Under the pieces are notes generated by a model, which saw nothing but the letters and a program-made list of their open reading frames with translations, had not been told where the DNA came from and did not search any database. Below are positions 55,541 through 64,000 of a stretch of 64,000 nt of DNA, piece by piece; within the stretch, counting starts at the first letter, position 1; each line of letters begins with the position of its first letter. This DNA comes from Bugula neritina (Eukaryota; Animalia; Bryozoa), in NCBI GenBank assembly GCA_964035545.1, contig OZ037766.1, forward strand, positions 18,563,081 through 18,627,080, in the 5' to 3' direction. The translations under genes were made by a program, and so were the position numbers.

Positions 55541-56459
55541 TGCTGTATGTTGCACTGTATTTCTGTATGTTACGGTGTAGTTCAGTATGTTGCAGTATAT
55601 TTCAGTATGTTACAGTATGTTTCAGTATGTTGCAGTGTATTTCCGTGGGTTATAGTATATTCAAGTATGATACAGCATATTTCAGTATGTTACAGTGTAT
55701 TTCAGTATGTTGCAGTATTTTGCAACGCATTTCAGTATGTTACAGTGTATTTCAGTATGTTGCAGTATATTTCAGTATTTTACAATAAATTTCAGTATAT
55801 TACAGTACATTTCCGTAAATTACGCCATACTTCAGTGAGTTGTAGTATATTTCAGTATCATGCAGTATATCTCAGTATGTTACAGTATATTTCAGTATGT
55901 TACAGTATGTTTCAGTGTGTTACAGTATGTTGCAGAATATTTCAGTAGTTTGCAACATATTTCAGTAGGTTACCATATATTTCGGTATGTTGCAGCATAT
56001 TTCAATGTGTTGCAGTGTATTTCAATATGTTACAGTGTATTTCAGTATGTTGCAGTATGTTGCAGTATGATGCAGCATGTTGCAGTGTATCTCTTTATGT
56101 TTCAGTGTATTTCTGTATGTTACAGTGTATTTCAGTATGTTGCAGTATATTTCAGTATGTTACAGTATGTTTCAGTATGTTGCAGTATATTTCAGTGGGT
56201 TATAGTATATTTCAGTATGATACAGCATATTTCAGTATGTTACAGTGTATTTCAGTATGTTGCAGTATTTTGCAATATATTTCAGTATGTTACAGCGTAT
56301 TTCAGTATGTTGCAGTATATTTCAGTATGTTACAATAAATTTCAGTATGTTACAGTACATTGCCGTAAATGACACTATACTTCAGTGAGTTGTAGTATAT
56401 TTCAGTATCTAGCAGTATATCTCAGTATGTTACTGTATATTTCAGTATGTTACAGTATA

Positions 56460-59400
56460 TTTTAGTTTGTTACAGTAAATTTCAGTATGTTACAGTGCAT
56501 TTGCAGATATTACACTATACTTCAGTGAGTTTTAGTGTCTTTCATTATGTTGCAGTATATTTCAGTATGTTGCAGTATTTTGCAATACATTTTATTATGT
56601 TACAGTGTATTTCAGTATGTTGCAGTATATTTCAGTTTGATACAATAAATTTCAGTATGTTACAGTACATTTCCGTAAATTACATTATACTTCAGTGAGT
56701 TGTAGTATATTTCAGTATCTTGCAGTATATCTCAGTATGTTACAGTATATTTCAGTATGTTGCAGTATATTTCAGCGTGTTTGAGTATATTTCAGTATGA
56801 CACAGTGCATTTCCAGATATTACGCTATACTTCAGTGAGTTTTAGTGTCTTTCAGTATGTTGCAGTATATTTCGGTATTTTGCAACATATTTCAATATGT
56901 TGCAATGTATTTCAATATGTTACAGTGTATTTCAGTATGTTGCAGTATGTTGCAATGTATTTCAGTATGTTACAGTGTATTTCAGTAGGTTTCAGTATCT
57001 TGCAGTATATTTCAGCATGTTGCAGTATATTTCAGGATGTTGCAGTATATTTCAGTATGTTACAGTGTTTTGCAGTATTTTGCAGTATGTTTCAGTGTGT
57101 TACAGTATATTTCATTATGTTGCAGTATGTTGCAGTATATTTCAGTAGTTTGCAACATATTTCAGTAGGTTACCATATATTTCGGTATGTTGCAGCATAT
57201 TTCAATGTGTTGCAGTGTATTTCAATATGTTACAGTGTATTTCAGTATGTTGCAGTGTGTTGCAGTATGATGCAGCATGTTGCAGTGTATTTCTGTATGT
57301 TACAGTGTAATTCGGAATGTTGCAGTATATTTCAGTATGTTACAGTATGTTTCAGTATGTTGCAGTATATTTCAGTGGGTTATAGTATATTTCAGTATGA
57401 TACAGCGTATTTCAGTATGTTACAGTGTATTTCAGTAAGTTGCAGTATTTTGCAATATATTTCAGTATGTTACAGCGTATTTCAGTATGTTGCAGTATAT
57501 TTCAGTATGTTACAATAAATTTCAGTATGTTACAGTACATTGCCGTAAATTACACTATACTTCAGTGAGTTGTAGTATATTTCAGTATCTTGCAGTACAT
57601 CTCAGTATGTTACAGTATATTTCAGTATGTTACAGTATATTTCAGTTTGTTACAGTAAATTTCAGTATGTTACAGTGCATTTGCAGATATTACACTATAC
57701 TTCAGTGAGTTTTAGTGTCTTTCAGTATGTTGCAGTATATTTCGGTATCTTGCAACTTATTTCAATGTGTTGCAATGTAATTCAATATGTTACAGTGTAT
57801 TTCAGTATGTTACACTGTATTTCAGTATGTTGCAGTATTTTGCAATATATATCAGTATGTTACAGTGTATTTCAGTATGTTGCAGTATATTTCAGTATGT
57901 TACAATAAATTTCAGTATGTTACAGTATATTTCCGTAAATTACACTATACTTCAGTGAGTTGTAGTATATTTCAGTATCTTGCAGTATATCTCAGTATGT
58001 TACAGTATATTTCAGTATGTTACAGTATATTTCAGTTTGTTACAGTAAATTTCAGTATGTTACAGTGCTTTTGCAGATATTACACTATACTTCAGTGAGT
58101 TTTAGTGTCTTTCATTATGTTGCAGTATATTTCAGTATGTTGCAGTATTTTGCAATACATTTTATTATGTTACAGTGTATTTCAGTATGTTGCAGTATAT
58201 TTCAGTTTGATACAATAAATTTCAGTATGTTACAGTACATTTCCGTAAATTACACTATACTTCAGTGAGTTGTAGTATATTTCAGTATCTTGCAGTATAT
58301 CTCAGTATGTTACAGTATATTTCAGTATGTTGCAGTATATTTCAGCGTGTTTGAGTATATTTCAGTATGACACAGTGCATTTCCAGATATTACGCTATAC
58401 TTCAGTGAGTTTTAGTCTCTTTCAGTATGTTGCAGTATATTTCGGTATTTTGCAACATATTTCAATATGTTGCAATGTATTTCAATATGTTACAGTGTAT
58501 TTCAGTATGTTGCAGTATGTTGCAATGTATTTCAGTATGTTACAGTGTAATTCAGTAGGTTTCAGTATCTTGCAGTATATTTCAGCATGTTGCAGTATAT
58601 TTCAGGATGTGGCAGTATATTTCAGTATGTTACAGTGTTTTGCAGTATTTTGCAGTATATTTCAGTGTGTTAAAGTATATTTCATTATGTTGCAGTATGT
58701 TGCAGTATATTTCAGTAGTTTGCAACATATTTCAGTAGGTTACCATATATTTCGGTATGTTGCAGCATATTTCAAGGTGTTGCAGTGTATTTCAATATGT
58801 TACAGTATATTTCAGTATCTTGCAGTATATTTCAGTATGTTATAGTATATTTTAGTTTGTTACAGTAAATTTCAGTATGTTACAGTGCATTTGCAGATAT
58901 TACACTATACTTCAGTGAGTTTTAGTGTCTTTCATTATGTTGCAGTATATTTCAGTATGTTGCAGTATTTTGCAATACATTTCATTATGTTACAGTGTAT
59001 TTCAGTATGTTGCAGTATATTTCAGTTTGATACAATAAATTTCAGTATGTTACAGTACATTTCCGTAAATTACACTATACTTCAGTGAGTTAAAGTATAT
59101 TTCAGTATCTTGCAGTATATCTCAGAATGTTACAGTATATTTCAGTATGTTGCAGTATATTTCAGCGTGTTTGAGTATATTTCAGTATGACACAGTGCAT
59201 TTCCAGATATTACGCTATACTTCAGTGAGTTTTAGTGTCTTTCAGTGTGTTGCAGTATATTTCGGTATTTTGCAACATATTTCAATATGTTGCAATGTAT
59301 TTCAATATGTTACAGTGTATTTCAGTATGTTGCAGTATGTTGCAATGTATTTCAGTATGTTACAGTGTATTTCAGTAGGTTTCAGTATCTTGCAGTATAT

Positions 59401-62400
59401 TTCAGCATGTTGCAGTATATTTCAGGATGTTGCAGTATATTTCAGTATGTTACAGTGTTTTGCAGTATTTTGCAGTATATTTCAGTGTGTTACAGTATAT
59501 TTCATTATGTTGCAGTATGTTGCAGTATATTTCAGTAGTTTGCAACATATTTCAGTAGGTTACCATATATTTCGGTATGTTGCAGCATATTTCAATGTGT
59601 TGCAGTGTATTTCAATATGTTACAGTGTATTTCAGTATGTTGCTGTATGTTGCACTGTATTTCTGTATGTTACGGTGTAGTTCAGTATGTTGCAGTATAT
59701 CTCAGTATGTTACAGTATATTTCAGTATGTTGCAGTATATTTCAGCGTGTTTGAGTATATTTCAGTATGACACAGTGCATTTCCAGATATTACGCTATAC
59801 TTCAGTGAGTTTTAGTGTCTTTCAGTATGTTGCAGTATATTTCGGTATTTTGCAACATATTTCAATATGTTGCAATGTATTTCAATATGTTACAGTGTAT
59901 TTCAGTATGTTGCAGTATGTTGCAATGTATTTCAGTATGTTACAGTGTATTTCAGTAGGTTTCAGTATCTTGCAGTATATTTCAGCATGTTGCAGTATAT
60001 TTCAGGATGTTGCAGTATATTTCAGTATGTTACAGTGTTTTGCAGTATTTTGCAGTATGTTTCAGTGTGTTACAGTATATTTCATTATGTTGCAGTATGT
60101 TGCAGTATATTTCAGTAGTTTGCAACATATTTCAGTAGGTTACCATATATTTCGGTATGTTGCAGCATATTTCAATGTGTTGCAGTGTATTTCAATATGT
60201 TACAGTGTATTTCAGTATGTTGCAGTGTGTTGCAGTATGATGCAGCATGTTGCAGTGTATTTCTGTATGTTACAGTGTAATTCGGAATGTTGCAGTATAT
60301 TTCAGTATGTTACAGTATGTTTCAGTATGTTGCAGTATATTTCAGTGGGTTATAGTATATTTCAGTATTATACAGCGTATTTCAGTATGTTACAGTGTAT
60401 TTCAGTATGTTGCAGTATTTTGCAATATATTTCAGTATGTTACAGCGTATTTCAGTATGTTGCAGTATATTTCAGTATGTTACAATAAATTTCAGTATGT
60501 TACAGTACATTGCCGTAAATTACACTATACTTCAGTGAGTTGTAGTATATTTCAGTATCTTGCAGTATATCTCAGTATGTTACAGTATATTTCAGTATGT
60601 TACAGTATATTTCAGTTTGTTACAGTAAATTTCAGTATGTTACAGTGCATTTGCAGATATTACACTATACTTCAGTGAGTTTTAGTGTCTTTCAGTATGT
60701 TGCAGTATATTTCGGTATCTTGCAACTTATTTCAATGTGTTGCAATGTAATTCAATATGTTACAGTGTATTTCAGTATGTTACAGTGTATTTCAGTATGT
60801 TGCAGTATTTTGCAATATATATCAGTATGTTACAGTGTATTTCAGTATGTTGCAGTATATTTCAGTATGTTACAATAAATTTCAGTATGTTACAGTATAT
60901 TTCCGTAAATTACACTATACTTCAGTGAGTTGTAGTATATTTCAGTATCTTGCAGTATATCTCAGTATGTTACAGTATATTTCAGTATGTTACAGTATAT
61001 TTCAGTTTGTTACAGTAAATTTCAGTATGTTACAGTGCTTTTGCAGATATTACACTATACTTCAGTGAGTTTTAGTGTCTTTCATTATGTTGCAGTATAT
61101 TTCAGTATGTTGCAGTATTTTGCAATACATTTTATTATGTTACAGTGTATTTCAGTATGTTGCAGTATATTTCAGTTTGATACAATAAATTTCAGTATGT
61201 TACAGTACATTTCCGTAAATTACACTATACTTCAGTGAGTTGTAGTATATTTCAGTATCTTGCAGTATATCTCAGTATGTTACAGTATATTTCAGTATGT
61301 TGCAGTATATTTCAGCGTGTTTGAGTATATTTCAGTATGACACAGTGCATTTCCAGATATTACGCTATACTTCAGTGAGTTTTAGTCTCTTTCAGTATGT
61401 TGCAGTATATTTCGGTATTTTGCAACATATTTCAATATGTTGCAATGTATTTCAATATGTTACAGTGTATTTCAGTATGTTGCAGTATGTTGCAATGTAT
61501 TTCAGTATGTTACAGTGTAATTCAGTAGGTTTCAGTATCTTGCAGTATATTTCAGCATGTTGCAGTATATTTCAGGATGTGGCAGTATATTTCAGTATGT
61601 TACAGTGTTTTGCAGTATTTTGCAGTATATTTCAGTGTGTTAAAGTATATTTCATTATGTTGCAGTATGTTGCAGTATATTTCAGTAGTTTGCAACATAT
61701 TTCAGTAGGTTACCATATATTTCGGTATGTTGCAGCATATTTCAAGGTGTTGCAGTGTATTTCAATATGTTACAGTGTATTTCAGTATGTTGCAGTATGT
61801 TCCATTATGCTGCAGTGTATTTCTGTATGTTACAGTGTAATTCAGAATGTTGCAGTATATTTCAGTATGTTACAGTATGTTTCAGTATGTTGCAGTATAT
61901 TTCAGTGGGTTATAGTATATTTCAGTATGATACAGCGTATTTCAGTATGTTACAGTGTATTTCAGTATGTTGCAGTATTTTGCAATATATTTCAGTATGT
62001 TACAGCGTATTTCAGTATGTTGCAGTATATTTCAGTATGTTACAATAAATTTCAGTATGTTACAGTACATTGCCGTAAATTACACTATACTTCAGTGAGT
62101 TGTAGTATATTTCAGTATCTTGCAGTATATCTCAGTATGTTACAGTATATTTCAGTATGTTGCAGTATATTTCAGCGTGTTTGAGTATATTTCAGTATGA
62201 CACAGTGCATTTCCAGATATTACGCTATACTTCAGTGAGTTTTAGTGTCTTTCAGTATGTTGCAGTATATTTCGGTATTTTGCAACATATTTCAATATGT
62301 TGCAATGTATTTCAATATGTTACAGTGTATTTCAGTATGTTGCAGTATGTTGCAATGTATTTCAGTATGTTACAGTGTATTTCAGTAGGTTTCAGTATCT

Positions 62401-64000
62401 TGCAGTATATTTCAGCATGTTGCAGTATATTTCAGGATGTTGCAGTATATTTCAGTATGTTACAGTGTTTTGCAGTATTTTGCAGTATGTTTCAGTGTGT
62501 TACAGTATATTTCATTATGTTGCAGTATGTTGCAGTATATTTCAGTAGTTTGCAACATATTTCAGTAGGTTACCATATATTTCGGTATGTTGCAGCATAT
62601 TTCAATGTGTTGCAGTGTATTTCAATATGTTACAGTGTATTTCAGTATGTTGCAGTGTGTTGCAGTATGATGCAGCATGTTGCAGTGTATTTCTGTATGT
62701 TACAGTGTAATTCGGAATGTTGCAGTATATTTCAGTATGTTACAGTATGTTTCAGTATGTTGCAGTATATTTCAGTGGGTTATAGTATATTTCAGTATGA
62801 TACAGCGTATTTCAGTATGTTACAGTGTATTTCAGTAAGTTGCAGTATTTTGCAATATATTTCAGTATGTTACAGCGTATTTCAGTATGTTGCAGTATAT
62901 TTCAGTATGTTACAATAAATTTCAGTATGTTACAGTACATTGCCGTAAATTACACTATACTTCAGTGAGTTGTAGTATATTTCAGTATCTTGCAGTATAT
63001 CTCAGTATGTTACAGTATATTTCAGTATGTTACAGTATATTTCAGTTTGTTACAGTAAATTTCAGTATGTTACAGTGCATTTGCAGATATTACACTATAC
63101 TTCAGTGAGTTTTAGTGTCTTTCAGTATGTTGCAGTATATTTCGGTATCTTGCAACTTATTTCAATGTGTTGCAATGTAATTCAATATGTTACAGTGTAT
63201 TTCAGTATGTTACAGTGTATTTCAGTATGTTGCAGTATTTTGCAATATATATCAGTATGTTACAGTGTATTTCAGTATGTTGCAGTATATTTCAGTATGT
63301 TACAATAAATTTCAGTATGTTACAGTATATTTCCGTAAATTACACTATACTTCAGTGAGTTGTAGTATATTTCAGTATCTTGCAGTATATCTCAGTATGT
63401 TACAGTATATTTCAGTATGTTACAGTATATTTCAGTTTGTTACAGTAAATTTCAGTATGTTACAGTGCTTTTGCAGATATTACACTATACTTCAGTGAGT
63501 TTTAGTGTCTTTCATTATGTTGCAGTATATTTCAGTATGTTGCAGTATTTTGCAATACATTTTATTATGTTACAGTGTATTTCAGTATGTTGCAGTATAT
63601 TTCAGTTTGATACAATAAATTTCAGTATGTTACAGTACATTTCCGTAAATTACACTATACTTCAGTGAGTTGTAGTATATTTCAGTATCTTGCAGTATAT
63701 CTCAGTATGTTACAGTATATTTCAGTATGTTGCAGTATATTTCAGCGTGTTTGAGTATATTTCAGTATGACACAGTGCATTTCCAGATATTACGCTATAC
63801 TTCAGTGAGTTTTAGTCTCTTTCAGTATGTTGCAGTATATTTCGGTATTTTGCAACATATTTCAATATGTTGCAATGTATTTCAATATGTTACAGTGTAT
63901 TTCAGTATGTTGCAGTATGTTGCAATGTATTTCAGTATGTTACAGTGTAATTCAGTAGGTTTCAGTATCTTGCAGTATATTTCAGCATGTTGCAGTATAT
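56460..64000 (+). repeat. Deletion derivatives of the 3110-bp HOR (offsets 2970, 2430 and 5400 bp)
   Basis: TACAGTGCTT occurs at 58061, 61031 and 63461, and GGCAGT at 58611 and 61581. The TTCAGTAAGT variant is shared by 57431 and 62831 (+5400). Landmark spacings are 1570, 820, 580, 1570, 860, 1570. Confidence 0.8.

Larger units (their letters stand above)
691..63796 (+). repeat. Higher-order-repeat landmark block GTGTTTGAGT-ATATTTCAGT-ATGACACAGT-GCATTTCCAG-ATATTACGCT, 38 copies, defining variable-length HOR units
   Basis: Starts at 691, 4491, 7121, 9791, 12331, 13861, 15021, 16589, 18449, 20129, 21459, 23327, 25007, 26337, 27887, 29767, 31347, 32677, 34357, 35687, 36857, 38537, 39867, 41687, 43577, 46217, 48847, 50417, 51957, 53527, 55067, 56777, 58347, 59167, 59747, 61317, 62177 and 63747. 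A diverged copy lies at 2381. Positions were cross-checked against the recurring MLQYISACLSIF ORF starts. Confidence 0.9.
1..64000 (+). repeat. Tandem satellite array, 10-bp monomer (ATRTTNCAGT) organised as a 20-bp dimer ATGTTRCAGT-RTATTTCAGT, ~6,400 monomers, single orientation, with higher-order repeat structure
   Basis: Every 10-bp block is ATGTTGCAGT, ATGTTACAGT, ATATTTCAGT, GTATTTCAGT or a variant of these. I saw no reverse-complement tract (ACTGAAATAT...) and no unique insert. The array continues to both window edges. Confidence 0.99.

Noticed and set aside
9-63668. Hundreds of + strand ORFs up to 436 aa (MLQYISVCYSIFQYVAVYFS... repeats)
   Set aside because: The consensus lacks stop codons on the + strand and supplies an ATG about every 20 bp. 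Because 10 is not divisible by 3, the same peptide appears in all three overlapping frames. ORF ends fall on variant monomers and there is no domain-like sequence. The - strand has TGA/TAA in most monomers, so it gives no ORFs. These are repeat artefacts.
91-64000. CRISPR-like reading of the recurring ATTACACTATACTTCAGTGAGTT block as repeat plus spacers
   Set aside because: The intervening sequence is the same satellite rather than unique spacers, the spacing is 100 bp or more, and no cas genes or leader are present.
1-64000. Telomeric repeat or a known 10-bp satellite such as Drosophila Prodsat (AATAACATAG)
   Set aside because: There is no G-run telomere motif and the monomer does not match on either strand. 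I cannot assign a family without a database search.
1-64000. Origin of the 10-mer from a 5-bp repeat
   Set aside because: The two halves are too dissimilar in the registers I tried to support this by eye.
1-64000. Whole array as a synthetic construct or pure assembly artefact
   Set aside because: Nested shared variants, private SNVs between duplicates and chimeric deletion junctions fit natural satellite evolution. Individual kb-scale duplications still need read confirmation.

Overview
The whole 64 kb window is one uninterrupted, head-to-tail, eukaryote-type satellite DNA array. I find no genes, RNA genes, transposons, CRISPR arrays, inversions or unique sequence, and the array runs off both ends. 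It holds about 6,400 copies of a 10-bp monomer (consensus ATRTTNCAGT). These mostly alternate as a 20-bp dimer, ATGTTRCAGT + RTATTTCAGT (~30% GC, strongly T-rich on the + strand). Repetition is nested: 10-bp monomer, 20/40-bp dimer/tetramer, 140/170/200-bp modules marked by ATACTTCAGT-GAGTTKTAGT, variable higher-order units marked by a landmark block (38 copies, mostly 1.2-2.7 kb apart), and recent near-identical tandem duplications of 1.6-4.9 kb. The 10-bp register shifts only twice (15891 and 22309), both times through the same 2-bp GT deletion. Diagnostic variants are layered: a central ~15-41 kb domain has private variants, while the flanks share variants the centre lacks. This resembles the layered expansion of centromeric satellites. 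All listed ORFs are artefacts of a stop-free + strand consensus. I cannot identify the organism or satellite family. Any centromere or nucleosome-phasing role is inference, and I found no protein-coding system. Coordinates and counts were read by eye and block boundaries are approximate.
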